DNA of 64,000 bases from Bacilli bacterium (GTDB lineage Bacteria; Bacillota_I; Bacilli_A; RF39; UBA660): contig JAFRCK010000014.1 in the NCBI GenBank assembly GCA_017404385.1, forward strand, positions 18,588 to 82,587, in the 5' to 3' direction. Of this stretch, positions 9,527 through 20,123 are shown piece by piece (the first letter of the stretch is position 1; each line of letters opens with the position of its first letter). The position numbers and the translations under genes were made by a program. The notes under the pieces are model-generated. The model saw only the letters and a program-made list of their open reading frames with translations. It made no database searches and was not told the origin of the DNA.

Positions 9527-10654
9527 TTACGAAAATAATTCATTTAACCAAATACTTGGTAACCCTATACTCTTTATTTTTATTTTTACAATTCCTAATA
9601 CATTTTTACCATCAATTGCCCCTTCATCTACTCTTTCATTATTGTCACCTTTTGTGATGTAAAAATCTCTTTCATCTCTTTTAACTATCTTATTTATTCT
9701 ATGAGCAATTAATTTCTTTTCATATTTAAATACTATTACGTCTCCCTCTTTTAACTTTTTTCTTTCTTTAGAATCTAATTTTTTTAAAATTACTACATCA
9801 CCTTTACTTAAGTAATTCTTCATAGAATTAGATCCTATTACTAGAGACTGATATTTAAAGAAACCAGAATTCAATCCAACTAATAACAGTAAAATAAAAA
9901 CTACTATTGTAAATATAATATTTCTTTTTCTCTTATTTTTTGGTTTATCTTGTTCTTTATTCTTATAACTAAATACTACTACACTTAATACTGTAGGTAG
10001 CACTATTAATAATACTGAATTAACATATGGTCCTAAATCAGGAATAATTGGAATTATGAATACATATATTTCAGTAAGTATTCTATACGCTATTGAATTA
10101 TAAAAGTCGCTCTTAATATCATATATTGTCATAAGTACATTTTTAATCAAGCTTCCCATTATTATTAATCCAATAAACTCATATAGATCATCTTTAATTG
10201 ATAAATCATAGGTATTAAAAGCTAATACCACATCTAATGTCACAAATATTAAATAACTTAAAATTATAACTATTTTATTATTATTAGATTTTCTAATAAA
10301 CTGATATCTTAATACTTCACATACTATTATTATTGTTATTGCAGGTATTATATTTTTAACTAAATTAGTAAACGACCAACTATATATTGTTTTCGCATAA
10401 CCAATAAATAATCCTAATAAGTATATCAGTATAAAATATAACATTATATAAAAAAGTGTTTTCTTAAAAATAGGTTTCTCATTTGGAGTTTTATCTATAT
10501 CTATACCTGTTAAGAAATAGATAAGAACACCTATTCCTAAAAAGAATACTAAGTATCTATATTTATCAAATAGATAAGGTACGAAAAAATTAGAAATAAT
10601 AACTAGTAAAACTAATATTTCTATTGCTAATATTTTTTTCACACTACTCTTCAT
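9527..10654 (-). CDS. Polytopic membrane domain (~250 aa, 6-7 TM) fused to a C-terminal SipW-type (S26B) signal peptidase I domain
   Basis: C-terminal ~120 aa contain the Ser box VIGSNSMKNYLSKGDVVILK and His box LIAHRINKI plus GDNN, typical of SipW/archaeal-type SPase I. The N-terminal half is multi-pass hydrophobic. Confidence 0.6.
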   Translation of the reverse strand: MKSSVKKILAIEILVLLVIISNFFVPYLFDKYRYLVFFLGIGVLIYFLTGIDIDKTPNEKPIFKKTLFYIMLYFILIYLLGLFIGYAKTIYSWSFTNLVKNIIPAITIIIVCEVLRYQFIRKSNNNKIVIILSYLIFVTLDVVLAFNTYDLSIKDDLYEFIGLIIMGSLIKNVLMTIYDIKSDFYNSIAYRILTEIYVFIIPIIPDLGPYVNSVLLIVLPTVLSVVVFSYKNKEQDKPKNKRKRNIIFTIVVFILLLLVGLNSGFFKYQSLVIGSNSMKNYLSKGDVVILKKLDSKERKKLKEGDVIVFKYEKKLIAHRINKIVKRDERDFYITKGDNNERVDEGAIDGKNVLGIVKIKIKSIGLPSIWLNELFS

Positions 10655-10741
10655 TTTTTCACCTACCTACTCAAGCATAAACAAAAAACTTAAGTTGCCC
10701 TAAGTATTTTGTTTTTTTAAAAACTATTTTGTAATTGATTA

Positions 10742-11359
10742 TTAACTACCGCTTGCTTCGTCTTGAATATAATCAATATAAGAATCTAAACCAGTAATTG
10801 TAACATCATTTGTTGGCACATTTGTTGCACTAGCATTATATGTAATAGTTAACTTTAAACTTTTTGTTGCTCCTGCAGCTAATTTGTCTCCATCAGCAAG
10901 AGCTGTTCCATTAGCATAAGTTAGTGTATAAGTTAAATTATTTTTAACTAAAGTACAATCTGCTTCACTTGGAACTGGTGAACCAGTACAAGTAGCTGAT
11001 GAAACATTTGCTAAATGAACTCCGCTAGTATTAATTTTAGCATTAATAGTACCTTCATTAATTACATCAAATGTATAAGATACTGAGTCCCCTGGTGCAC
11101 TTAAAGTAGCTGTTAAGCCACTTAAAGTAGTAGAACTAGAATCTAATACTAACTCTTCTCCTGTTTTTACTTGTGCATATCCAGTTTTTGTTGGAGCAGA
11201 TAAATTAGTAAAATGGATATTCCATGTTGTATTTTTACTAAGCACCTTTGCATTTGAATTAATATTCAATCTTTGAGTTAATGCTGCATATGCAATTGTC
11301 ATTGATACAATACCAACAATCAATAATGCCATTAAAATATTCTTTGTTTTTTCTCCCAT
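10742..11359 (-). CDS. TasA/camelysin-like (Peptidase_M73-like) secreted protein with SipW-type signal peptide
   Basis: N-terminal charged/hydrophobic signal MGEKTKNILMALLIVGIVSMTIAYAAL. Mature region LSAPGDSVSYTFDVINEGTINAKI parallels the TasA/CalY motif LKPGDxxxKxFxxxNxGSLxIK. S/T/A/G/N-rich and beta-rich. Immediately upstream of the SipW-like gene. Confidence 0.45.
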   Translation of the reverse strand: MGEKTKNILMALLIVGIVSMTIAYAALTQRLNINSNAKVLSKNTTWNIHFTNLSAPTKTGYAQVKTGEELVLDSSSTTLSGLTATLSAPGDSVSYTFDVINEGTINAKINTSGVHLANVSSATCTGSPVPSEADCTLVKNNLTYTLTYANGTALADGDKLAAGATKSLKLTITYNASATNVPTNDVTITGLDSYIDYIQDEASGS

Positions 11360-11524
11360 ATTATATTTTCCTTTCTGTAAGAATTATAAACCTCTATCAT
11401 TATACTTCTTCTATAATAAATTATAGCAAATATTTTTTATTTGTAAATACTATTTTTTTTAATTTACATTTTTTATTAACATTTACTTAATCATTGAATA
11501 ATATATTATAGTTTGAGGTAAAAC

Positions 11525-12304
11525 ATGATTGATTATATATTAAATCTAAATCCTATTATTCAAGCCCTTTTAGCCACATTATTTACATATAGTATTACTG
11601 CATTAGGTGCATCAATAGTCTTCTTTTTTAAAAAAGTAAACAAGACATTCATGGATGGTACATTAGGATTTGCTGCTGGTATTATGATTGCCGCTTCATT
11701 TTTTTCATTATTACTACCCGCTATTAATATGTGTGAACAGTTAAATATTAAAGAATGGATAGTTTTATTATGTGGATTTATTGGTGGTGGTTTATTAATA
11801 TTTATTGGTGATAAAGTATATAACATTTTTAGTAAAAATAATAATAAACGAGTAATATTATTAATAAGTTCTATTACACTTCATAATATTCCTGAAGGAA
11901 TGGCAATTGGAGTTGCATTTGGTTCTGTTATATATGGAATAGATGGAGCTAGTTTAGTTGCAGCCTGGACATTAGCTCTAGGTATTGGTTTACAAAATTT
12001 CCCAGAAGGAACAGCAATTAGTATGCCTCTTAGAAGAGATGGCTACAGTCTAAAAAAGGCATTTTTCTTAGGACAACTAAGTGGTATAGTTGAACCAATT
12101 TCTGGAATTATAGGCGCATTATTAGTTATGAAAGTAAGAATATTGTTACCTATATTATTATCATTTGCTGCAGGTGCTATGATATATGTTGTAGTTCAAG
12201 AATTAATACCTGAAAGTCAAACTAATAAGAATAAATCTTTAATGGCATTATTTACATTAATTGGTTTTTCATTAATGATGGTTTTAGATATTACTTTAGG
12301 ATAA
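11525..12304 (+). CDS. ZIP family metal (zinc) transporter, ZupT/GufA-like
   Basis: 8-TM protein with HNIPEGMAIG and LQNFPEGTAI metal-binding motifs typical of ZIP/ZupT. Confidence 0.7.
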   Translation: MIDYILNLNPIIQALLATLFTYSITALGASIVFFFKKVNKTFMDGTLGFAAGIMIAASFFSLLLPAINMCEQLNIKEWIVLLCGFIGGGLLIFIGDKVYNIFSKNNNKRVILLISSITLHNIPEGMAIGVAFGSVIYGIDGASLVAAWTLALGIGLQNFPEGTAISMPLRRDGYSLKKAFFLGQLSGIVEPISGIIGALLVMKVRILLPILLSFAAGAMIYVVVQELIPESQTNKNKSLMALFTLIGFSLMMVLDITLG

Positions 12305-12306
12305 AA

Positions 12307-12338
12307 ATAACAGAAGATTAATCTTCTGTTATTTTTAT
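12307..12338. terminator. Bidirectional terminator between the ZIP transporter gene and a convergent lipoprotein gene
   Basis: Inverted repeat acagaagat/atcttctgt followed by atttttatt. Overlaps the stop of the minus-strand lipoprotein gene. Confidence 0.5.
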
Positions 12339-12845
12339 TGATTTAAAGAAATTTTGTAATACATCATTCTTAAATACATCAGCAACTGCAAATTTCTTAT
12401 CATATTTGATTGTATTTATAGATATAAACAATTCTAATGTTTCTTTTTCTTTTTTTAAATCTTTTATATCTATTACCAAATATAGATTTTCGTCACTATT
12501 TCCATATGTATAAGCAGCGTAATCACCAAATTTATATTCTTTATAGTTTTTATCGTCTTGCCTATCTTTTTTTACTGCTTCACATGTCTTTGTAGAACTT
12601 TTTGTATAATACATATCAAAATACAAATTTTGTTTTTCATTTGAAAACTCCATTTCTTCATACTTTCCACCTTTAACATTTTTTTCAAATTTAAAATCAT
12701 CATCCTTTGAATATTCAAAAGTAGTTGTTAACTTTAATTTAGAATCAGTATATGTGATTTTTTCATTTTTAGAACTAGATCCACAAGCAGTTAATATTAC
12801 TAAACATAAAACAAATGTTAAACTAACTAATAATTTATTTTTCAT
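12318..12845 (-). CDS. Lipoprotein of unknown function
   Basis: MKNKLLVSLTFVLCLVILTACGSSS has a lipobox. Confidence 0.5.
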   Translation of the reverse strand: MKNKLLVSLTFVLCLVILTACGSSSKNEKITYTDSKLKLTTTFEYSKDDDFKFEKNVKGGKYEEMEFSNEKQNLYFDMYYTKSSTKTCEAVKKDRQDDKNYKEYKFGDYAAYTYGNSDENLYLVIDIKDLKKEKETLELFISINTIKYDKKFAVADVFKNDVLQNFFKSIKITED

Positions 12846-12853
12846 ATTTCCTC

Positions 12854-13975
12854 CTAAATTGATTTCTTTTTCTTTTCTTCAAGTTCAAGTCTTTCTAAGT
12901 TTCCAGCTGAATTACTTATTAAAGAACTACTAGTTATATTTTTAGGCTTTAAATCTCTCATCTTTTCTATAGTCATTATTGTTTTATCTACTGTATAACT
13001 TTCATTTATTTTTGAATTCAATAGCCTTGACATAATCATAAATGCCTCAGATAACATATTATTATCCTGAACTGAATTCATTTTATTATTTATATTAAAA
13101 CTAAATATTTCTAAAATATTATCTGATATAAAAATAGGTGCAGTCAAAATTTTATTAGCCCTTAATAAATTAAAACTTTCATTATTAGATGTCATTAATT
13201 CCCTATCTTTATATTTTGATTCTATTTCTTCGGCTGTTTTTTTAACTAACATATATTCAGATTTTCTTAATTCTAAATAAGATAACACAAAAAATATTAA
13301 TGAAGTAAACTTTTCTTTTATTTCTTCAATAGATTTATTATTTGAAAACTGCTCTATTAAATTAAAAACACTCTTTTTTTGCATTTCAGATACTTTTAAA
13401 TTATCTAACCTAGTACCTTTAACACTCATTTCTGCAATTTCATCTAACACTTCACTTATTTCACTAACTATTCCTGATATTTCAGACATTAATTCATCAC
13501 TAGTCTTATTAATAGAATTCATTAAATAAATATTCTTATTCATTTTAAATTGAATACTAGTTATTTTTTTTTGTAAATTTATTCTTTGTGTATATAAATT
13601 GTAATTTCTATTTAGTAATTCATTTCTTCTATTAGTAGTATCAGTATATGGAAATGCTGCTATTGCTTTTTCATTTTCTATAAATTCTTTTTCTAAATCA
13701 ATTATTCTTTTTAAAAATATCTCTAATTCTCTTTTACTTGTTTCTTCGCTTATACTCTCAATGTTGATGTCTTTATTATTAGATTCCATTTCTCTTACTA
13801 TATCTCTATATCTTCCAATTAAAATTTCTAATCTAACATACTTTTCTTCCAATTTTTCAGGTATAATTTTTCTAATAATCTTAGAAAACTCTTTTACTGA
13901 AGCAACATCTAAGACATCATACCCTGATATAGTCGATGATAAACCACCTAATACTTCTGTACTTAGTAACCCCAT
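12854..13975 (-). CDS. Hypothetical coiled-coil protein
   Basis: 373-aa ORF with no recognisable motif. Tightly coupled (9 nt) to the downstream lipoprotein gene. Confidence 0.35.
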   Translation of the reverse strand: MGLLSTEVLGGLSSTISGYDVLDVASVKEFSKIIRKIIPEKLEEKYVRLEILIGRYRDIVREMESNNKDINIESISEETSKRELEIFLKRIIDLEKEFIENEKAIAAFPYTDTTNRRNELLNRNYNLYTQRINLQKKITSIQFKMNKNIYLMNSINKTSDELMSEISGIVSEISEVLDEIAEMSVKGTRLDNLKVSEMQKKSVFNLIEQFSNNKSIEEIKEKFTSLIFFVLSYLELRKSEYMLVKKTAEEIESKYKDRELMTSNNESFNLLRANKILTAPIFISDNILEIFSFNINNKMNSVQDNNMLSEAFMIMSRLLNSKINESYTVDKTIMTIEKMRDLKPKNITSSSLISNSAGNLERLELEEKKKKSI

Positions 13976-14043
13976 TCTATCACCTCTATTTTAATTATAT
14001 AATACAGGTCTTTTTTTTTCAATAAAAAAGAGATGCTCTTTTG

Positions 14044-14385
14044 TTATACTAATTCTAGTATAACAACTAAAGCATCGTCTCCTCTTCTATTTTCTTTCTT
14101 AAGAATTCTAGTATATCCACCATTTCTTTCTTTATAACGAGGTGCAAGTTCATCAAAAATCTTTTTAACAACTTCACTATCATTATGTAAGAAAGCATAT
14201 GCTTTTCTTCTTGAAACTAAATCACCTTTTTTACCATAAGTAATCATCTTATCTACAAATTTTCTAGTTTCTTTTGCTCTATCTTCTGTAGTTTCGATTT
14301 TTTCATTCATGATAACGGCTTTAGTTAGATTAGCAAGCATACTTCTTCTGTGTTTAGAATCTCTTCCTAATTTTCTATATGCCAT
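14044..14385 (-). CDS. rplQ: 50S ribosomal protein L17
   Basis: [20 protein letters not shown]... is the canonical L17 sequence. Last gene of the alpha operon. Confidence 0.92.
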   Translation of the reverse strand: MAYRKLGRDSKHRRSMLANLTKAVIMNEKIETTEDRAKETRKFVDKMITYGKKGDLVSRRKAYAFLHNDSEVVKKIFDELAPRYKERNGGYTRILKKENRRGDDALVVILELV

Positions 14386-14393
14386 AAATCCTC

Positions 14394-15344
14394 CTAATCA
14401 TCATTCTTGAAAGATAGTCCTAAAGATTTAACTTTATCTAGAACTTCTTTTAATGATTTCTTTCCTAAGTTTCTGATCTTCATCATATCACTTTCTTTTC
14501 TATTAACAAGATCTTGCATAGTATTAATACCTGATCTCTTTAAGCAGTTATATGCTCTTACTGAGAATTCCATGTCATCAATTGAAGTTTCTAAAGCTTT
14601 AACTTTAGGATCTTCTTCTTTTTCAGCCATAATTCCAGAAATATCAGCGATTGAATTTAAATCAGTTAAAATATTTAAATGTTCAATTAAAATTCTACTT
14701 GCTAAAGCAATTGCTTCTTCAGCTTTCATTGATCCATCTGTCCAAATTTCCATAATTAATTTATCATAATTAGTTGATTGACCAACACGTGCTTCTTCAA
14801 CTTCATAATTTACTCTTTCAATTGGAGAATAATTTGAATCAATAGCAATTGTTCCAACTTTAGCTCTCTTTAATAATTTTTTATTGTTTTCTGCTCTAAC
14901 ATATCCTCTTCCATTAGATACAGTTAATTCCATATTTATTTTTCCACCTTTAACAACAGTACAAATAAATTGATCTTTATTAACTATTTCTACGTCACTA
15001 GGACAATCAATATCAGCAGCAGTAACAACACCTTCTTTATCAACGTTTAAAGTTAATACTTGTTCTTCTTCTGAATGATTTTTAATAACGATATTCTTTA
15101 AATTAAGTACTATAGTAGTAACATCTTCATATATTCCATCCATAGTTTGGAATTCATGTTCTACACCTTCAATATAAACTGAACTAATAGCACTTCCTGG
15201 TAAACTAGATAATAATACTCTTCTTAATCCGTTACCTAATGTTAAACCAAAACCTTTTTCTAGTGGTTCTAGTTCAAATTTTCCATAGTTACTTGTTTCA
15301 TCATATTCAGTAACTTTATATTCTGGTTTTTCAAATTTTATCAT
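14394..15344 (-). CDS. rpoA: DNA-directed RNA polymerase subunit alpha
   Basis: [16 protein letters not shown]...[20 protein letters not shown] is the RpoA N-terminal domain. The C-terminal domain carries the KSLKEV-type helix-hairpin-helix region. Confidence 0.92.
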   Translation of the reverse strand: MIKFEKPEYKVTEYDETSNYGKFELEPLEKGFGLTLGNGLRRVLLSSLPGSAISSVYIEGVEHEFQTMDGIYEDVTTIVLNLKNIVIKNHSEEEQVLTLNVDKEGVVTAADIDCPSDVEIVNKDQFICTVVKGGKINMELTVSNGRGYVRAENNKKLLKRAKVGTIAIDSNYSPIERVNYEVEEARVGQSTNYDKLIMEIWTDGSMKAEEAIALASRILIEHLNILTDLNSIADISGIMAEKEEDPKVKALETSIDDMEFSVRAYNCLKRSGINTMQDLVNRKESDMMKIRNLGKKSLKEVLDKVKSLGLSFKNDD

Positions 15345-15378
15345 TTAACACACTCCCTTTTTGAAATTTATTACAATC

Positions 15379-15762
15379 CTATCCTCTTGGACGTTTTGGT
15401 GGACGACATCCATTATGTGGAATTGGTGTATCATCAGTAATTGATACGATTTCTAATCCTGCAACTTGAAGAGCTCTAATAGCTGTTTCTCTACCTGGTC
15501 CTAAACCTCTAACGAAAACATCTACTTTTCTAACTCCTGAATCATAAGCAGCTTTAGCAGCAGCTTCTGCAGCTACTTGTGCAGCATATGGTGTTGATTT
15601 CTTTGCGCTCTTAAATCCAACTGCCCCTGGAGCAGACCAACTTATAGCGTTTCCATCAACATCTGTAATTGTAATAATTGTGTTATTGAATGATGCTTTA
15701 ATATGTGCACATCCCACAGGTATATTCTTTTTAGTTTTACGTTTTCTTGCTTTATAAGCCAT
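15379..15762 (-). CDS. rpsK: 30S ribosomal protein S11
   Basis: Canonical S11 ([18 protein letters not shown]...). Confidence 0.92.
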   Translation of the reverse strand: MAYKARKRKTKKNIPVGCAHIKASFNNTIITITDVDGNAISWSAPGAVGFKSAKKSTPYAAQVAAEAAAKAAYDSGVRKVDVFVRGLGPGRETAIRALQVAGLEIVSITDDTPIPHNGCRPPKRPRG

Positions 15763-15784
15763 ACTAATTTAACCTCCTAACCTA

Positions 15785-16150
15785 TTACTTTTTCTTATTA
15801 GCTATTGTCTTTGGTTTACCCTTACGAGTTCTAGCATTAGTTCTAGTTCTTTGTCCTCTTACAGGTAATCCTTTTTTATGACGTAGACCTTGATAAGATC
15901 CAATTTCCATTTTAGTTTTAATATTAATTGATACTTCTCTTCTTAAATCTCCTTCAACTAAATGTTTGTCGATTTCAGTACGAAGAGCAGCTATTTCATC
16001 ATCTGTTAAATCTTTAGCTTTTTTAGTCATATCAACTTTAGCACCAGTACAAATATCTTTAGATAAATTTCTACCAATACCATAGATTGAAGTTAATGCT
16101 ATCCAAATATTCTTTTCATTTGGAAGATCCACACCTTTAATACGTGCCAT
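15785..16150 (-). CDS. rpsM: 30S ribosomal protein S13
   Basis: [13 protein letters not shown]... is canonical S13. Confidence 0.92.
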   Translation of the reverse strand: MARIKGVDLPNEKNIWIALTSIYGIGRNLSKDICTGAKVDMTKKAKDLTDDEIAALRTEIDKHLVEGDLRREVSINIKTKMEIGSYQGLRHKKGLPVRGQRTRTNARTRKGKPKTIANKKK

Positions 16151-16164
16151 AATATTACCTCCTA

Positions 16165-16278
16165 TTAACCTTGTCTTTGTTTGTGTTTAGGGTTACTACA
16201 AATAACTCTTACAACACCTTTTCTTTTAATTATTCTGCATTTATCACAGATTTTCTTAACTGAAGTTCTAACTTTCAT
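16165..16278 (-). CDS. rpmJ: 50S ribosomal protein L36
   Basis: Unlisted small [40 protein letters not shown] between infA and rpsM (37 aa, CxxC...C..H zinc ribbon). Confidence 0.85.
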   Translation of the reverse strand: MKVRTSVKKICDKCRIIKRKGVVRVICSNPKHKQRQG

Positions 16279-16290
16279 AATTAACCTCCA

Positions 16291-16509
16291 TTATCTTTTA
16301 TTCCATATTATACGCCCATGTGTTATATCAACTGGTGATAATTCTAAAACGACTGTATCGCCTGTTAAGATGCGAATGTTATTCATTCGTATTTTACCAG
16401 AAACATGAGCTTCTACAGTATATCCATTTTCTAACTCTACCTTGAATTTTCCTCCAGGTAAAACATCAATAACTTTTCCTTCTACTTCAATAGTATCATT
16501 CTTTGCCAT
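16291..16509 (-). CDS. infA: Translation initiation factor IF-1
   Basis: [29 protein letters not shown]... is canonical IF-1. Confidence 0.92.
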   Translation of the reverse strand: MAKNDTIEVEGKVIDVLPGGKFKVELENGYTVEAHVSGKIRMNNIRILTGDTVVLELSPVDITHGRIIWNKR

Positions 16510-17269
16510 TTTCCCACTCTCCTGTCAAGATTATTGGACCATCACTTGTAATTGCGATTGTATGTTCATAATGAGCTGCATTACTACCATCGTAAGTATA
16601 AGCAGTTAAACCATTATCATCAATCTCTATTTCTTCACTACCTAAAGTAAGCATTGGTTCTATTGCTATTACCATACCTTCTCTAAGTTTAGGTCCAGTT
16701 CCTTTTTCACCATAGTTTGGTACATTTGGATCTTCATGAACTTCTGTACCTACACCATGACCAACAAATTCTTTTACAACACCAAGTCCATGTTCTTCTG
16801 CATAAGTTTCCACAGCATTTCCAATATCACCTGTTCTATTTCCTATAACTGCCTTCTTAATACCTTCATATAATGCTTTCTCTGTATGTTCCATAAGATA
16901 TTCATTTTCTTTAGATATTTTTCCCACAGCATAAGTCCATCCAGAATCTCCATGATACCCTTTATAACATGCACCTATGTCTAATGTAATTATATCTCCT
17001 TCTTTTAATTTATAGTCACTAGGATATCCATGTACAACACAATCATTAACTGACATGCATACAGCATTTGGAAATCCTTCACAACCTTTAAAAGATGGAG
17101 TACAACCCTTACTTCTTATAAAATCTTCACATAGTTTATCTAATTCCCTAGTACTAACTCCAGGTTTAATAAATGGTTTTATATATTGATGAGTTTGATA
17201 AACTACATTACCTGCTATTCTAAGTAGTTCAATTTCTCTTGGAGACTTTAAAGTAATCATTTTACTCAT
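16496..17269 (-). CDS. map: Methionine aminopeptidase type I
   Basis: M24A motifs ([16 protein letters not shown]) and position after adk. Confidence 0.9.
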   Translation of the reverse strand: MSKMITLKSPREIELLRIAGNVVYQTHQYIKPFIKPGVSTRELDKLCEDFIRSKGCTPSFKGCEGFPNAVCMSVNDCVVHGYPSDYKLKEGDIITLDIGACYKGYHGDSGWTYAVGKISKENEYLMEHTEKALYEGIKKAVIGNRTGDIGNAVETYAEEHGLGVVKEFVGHGVGTEVHEDPNVPNYGEKGTGPKLREGMVIAIEPMLTLGSEEIEIDDNGLTAYTYDGSNAAHYEHTIAITSDGPIILTGEWENGKE

Positions 17270-17897
17270 CTCCTTTTAATAATTCATCAACATTCTTAAA
17301 TATATCTTCTAAAGTACTATTATTATATATAGTAATTACTTTATCACCATAATAATCTAATAATGGTTTAGTTTCTTTTAAGAATGTATCATATCTATCT
17401 AAAAACGTTTCTTTATTATCATCATTTCTAGATATTAAATTATCACCACATTTAGTGCATTTTAAATCTTTAACTAATTTTTTATTAAAAACACTTCCAC
17501 AGTTTTCACAAATTATTCTGTTTTCAATTCTTTCCACAGCAATTTCTTTATCTATATCAATATGTATAACTTTACTAATTTCAACATTATCATTTTCTTC
17601 ATCTAATTCATCAAGCATTTTTGCTTGAGCTAGTGTTCTTGGAATTCCATCTAATATTATATTAGATTTAGTTTTATTAAACTCTTTTCCAAAAACTTCT
17701 TTAATAATGTCATCTCCTACAAGTGATCCTTTATCTAGAATAGATTTAATTTCTTTACCAATTTCAGTATTGTTCTTAATTTCTTTTCTAAGAAGATCAC
17801 CTGTGGAAATATGTTTGTAGTTATACTTATCCTCAATATATTTAGAAATTGTGCCTTTACCTGCAGCTGGAGCTGCAATTAAAATAATGCACTTCAT
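17262..17897 (-). CDS. adk: Adenylate kinase (zinc-lid type)
   Basis: P-loop IAAPAAGKGT and lid CxxC...CxxC (CENCGSV...CTKCG). Confidence 0.9.
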   Translation of the reverse strand: MKCIILIAAPAAGKGTISKYIEDKYNYKHISTGDLLRKEIKNNTEIGKEIKSILDKGSLVGDDIIKEVFGKEFNKTKSNIILDGIPRTLAQAKMLDELDEENDNVEISKVIHIDIDKEIAVERIENRIICENCGSVFNKKLVKDLKCTKCGDNLISRNDDNKETFLDRYDTFLKETKPLLDYYGDKVITIYNNSTLEDIFKNVDELLKGDE

Positions 17898-19153
17898 TAA
17901 AATCTTCCTTTATATTCTTTTTGATCTAGTACACTTTCAATTTGTTTATATGTTTCTAATGCAACACCAACAACTATTAATAATCCTGTACCACCAATTG
18001 AAATATTAGCATTATCTACACCTGAATATTTTTGAAATAATATTGGTAGTGCTGCGATTATTACTAAGAAAATTGTACCAAATGTTGTAATTCTAAGCAA
18101 TACACTTGTTATGTACTTCTTAGTTTCAGTCCCTGGTCTTACTCCTGGGATATAACCACCATTTTGTTGTAAATTCTTACTAATTTCTTCAGGTCTAAAC
18201 TGAAGTAATGTATATAAATAAGAAAATGCAACTATTAGTGCTATATAAATAAGTAAACCAGCAGTAGTATTATAATTCATATATTTATTAACAAATGTTA
18301 CATATCCTTCATTAGTTACAAATCTAGCAATAACTTGTGGAATACTTATAATTGCTGATGCAAATATTACTGGAATAACGTTTGCAGCATTAACCTTAAA
18401 AGGTATATAAGTTTGTTTTCCACCATATGAACTAGTTGTTTTATTTGCATATTGAATAGGTATTCGTCTTTCAGATTCTGAAATAAATACAACACCTACT
18501 ATAATAGCAAGATAAACTAATATATAAATAATGAATGATATAATTCCGATAAATAGATTTCCATTAGGATCAATAAATGTTGTAAATGCTTCTTTCATCA
18601 TATAAGGTATTGATACTACTATACCAGCCATGATTATTAATGATAATCCATTTCCTACTCCCTTTTGTGAAATTTGATCTCCAAGCCATAGTAAGAATGC
18701 TGTTCCTGCAGTTAATATAATTGCTACCTTAATATAATCAAATGTAGCTGCTTCAGAACCAAGTAATCCAAATGCTAATCCAAATCCTTGAATTAAAGCA
18801 ACTAATATACCAATATATCTTGTAATTCTATTTAATTTTCTTCTTCCAGCATATCCTTCTTTTGCCAAATCTGAAAAGTAAGGAATTATGTCCATTTGAA
18901 GTAATTGAATTACAATTGATGCACTAATATACGGCATAACACCAAGTGCAAATATTGAAGAGTTTTTAAGTGCTCCACCACCAATAACATTTAATAATTC
19001 TAAAAATCCTAATTTACTATTTACATCAGGTACCCCTGGTACCTTAACATTTGTACCAATAATGAATATAGCTAAGGCAGCTAGTGTAAATAGGATTCTT
19101 TTTCTAAGATCCTTATTTCTTTTTGCAAATAAGTCTTTAAACTTTGCAAACAT
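17897..19153 (-). CDS. secY: Preprotein translocase subunit SecY
   Basis: 10-TM protein with SecY signatures (GGGALKNSSIFALGVMPYI). Position between rplO and adk. Confidence 0.92.
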   Translation of the reverse strand: MFAKFKDLFAKRNKDLRKRILFTLAALAIFIIGTNVKVPGVPDVNSKLGFLELLNVIGGGALKNSSIFALGVMPYISASIVIQLLQMDIIPYFSDLAKEGYAGRRKLNRITRYIGILVALIQGFGLAFGLLGSEAATFDYIKVAIILTAGTAFLLWLGDQISQKGVGNGLSLIIMAGIVVSIPYMMKEAFTTFIDPNGNLFIGIISFIIYILVYLAIIVGVVFISESERRIPIQYANKTTSSYGGKQTYIPFKVNAANVIPVIFASAIISIPQVIARFVTNEGYVTFVNKYMNYNTTAGLLIYIALIVAFSYLYTLLQFRPEEISKNLQQNGGYIPGVRPGTETKKYITSVLLRITTFGTIFLVIIAALPILFQKYSGVDNANISIGGTGLLIVVGVALETYKQIESVLDQKEYKGRF

Positions 19154-19154
19154 A

Positions 19155-19598
19155 CTAGATCACCTCTACTTTTCCACCGGCACTCTCTATTTTTTCTTTA
19201 GCTGTTTTTGAAAATTTATGTGCTTTTACTGTTACTTTTTTAGTTAATTCACCATTACCTAAAACTTTTAAACCGTCTTCTAATTTTTTTACTATTCCCA
19301 TTTCTTTTAATAACTCTGGAGTTATTTCTGTTCCATTTTCAAATTTATCTAAATCACTAACATTAATTACTGCATATCTTGTAGCGAATTCATAGTTATT
19401 GAATCCTCTTTTAGCTATTCTGAATACTAATGGATTTTGTCCACCTTCAAAACCAACTCTTACTCCGCCACCACTTCTTGCGTTTTGTCCTTTTTGACCT
19501 CTACCTGAAGTTTTACCATGACCAGAACTTGTTCCTCTACCAACTCTTTTATTACTCTTAATAGAACCAGTAGTATATTTTAATTCATTTAATTCCAT
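19155..19598 (-). CDS. rplO: 50S ribosomal protein L15
   Basis: [34 protein letters not shown]... is canonical L15. Confidence 0.92.
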   Translation of the reverse strand: MELNELKYTTGSIKSNKRVGRGTSSGHGKTSGRGQKGQNARSGGGVRVGFEGGQNPLVFRIAKRGFNNYEFATRYAVINVSDLDKFENGTEITPELLKEMGIVKKLEDGLKVLGNGELTKKVTVKAHKFSKTAKEKIESAGGKVEVI

Positions 19599-20110
19599 TA
19601 TCCTAAAATCTCCTCTACAGTTTTTCCTCTTAATTTAGCTATATGTTCAGCACTTCTTTGTGAAGTTAATGCTTTCATTGTAGCCTTTGCAGTATTAATT
19701 TTAGTATTTGATCCTAATGATTTAGATACAACATCTTTTAATCCAGCAAGTTCAAGTACTGTTCTAACTGGACCACCAGCTATAATACCAGTACCGGCTT
19801 TAGCAGACTTAAGTAAAACTTTAGCTGCTCCAGCTTGTCCTACTGTATCATGAGAAATAGTACGATTATCAACGATATCAATTTTCTTTACATTTTTAAC
19901 AGCTTGCATTCTAGCTTTTTTAATTGCTTCTACAACTTCGCTAGATTTTCCTGATCCTATACCTACTCTTCCTTTTCCGTCACCAACAGCAACGAATGCA
20001 GAAAAGTGAAGTGTACGACCACCTTTTGTTACTTTTGTAACACGACGAAGTGATAATACTTCATCTTTATAATCATCTTGTTTACGTGGGTTATTTACTT
20101 TCTTTTCCAT
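19598..20110 (-). CDS. rpsE: 30S ribosomal protein S5
   Basis: Canonical S5 ([11 protein letters not shown]...). Overlaps the rplO start by 1 nt with no L30 gene between. Confidence 0.92.
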   Translation of the reverse strand: MEKKVNNPRKQDDYKDEVLSLRRVTKVTKGGRTLHFSAFVAVGDGKGRVGIGSGKSSEVVEAIKKARMQAVKNVKKIDIVDNRTISHDTVGQAGAAKVLLKSAKAGTGIIAGGPVRTVLELAGLKDVVSKSLGSNTKINTAKATMKALTSQRSAEHIAKLRGKTVEEILG

Positions 20111-20123
20111 TTGACCCTCCTTA

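Noticed and set aside
7312-13975. Mobile-element origin (transposon or prophage) for the rplQ-ecfA island and the adhesin locus
   Set aside because: No transposase, integrase/recombinase, phage structural genes or terminal inverted repeats are recognisable. Both loci are therefore described as accessory insertions of unknown mobility rather than called mobile elements.
14407-14769. Plus-strand ORFs lying inside minus-strand conserved genes (for example 14407..14769 in rpoA, 24547..24768 in rplV, 20734..20937 in rplF, 58942..59193 and 59533..59982 in polC, 32187..32375, 36396..36629 and 37308..37544 in the giant genes, 43358..43579 in ftsK)
   Set aside because: They are antisense to genes with unmistakable conserved products, have low-complexity S/F/L-rich translations typical of AT-rich antisense frames, and lack RBS support.
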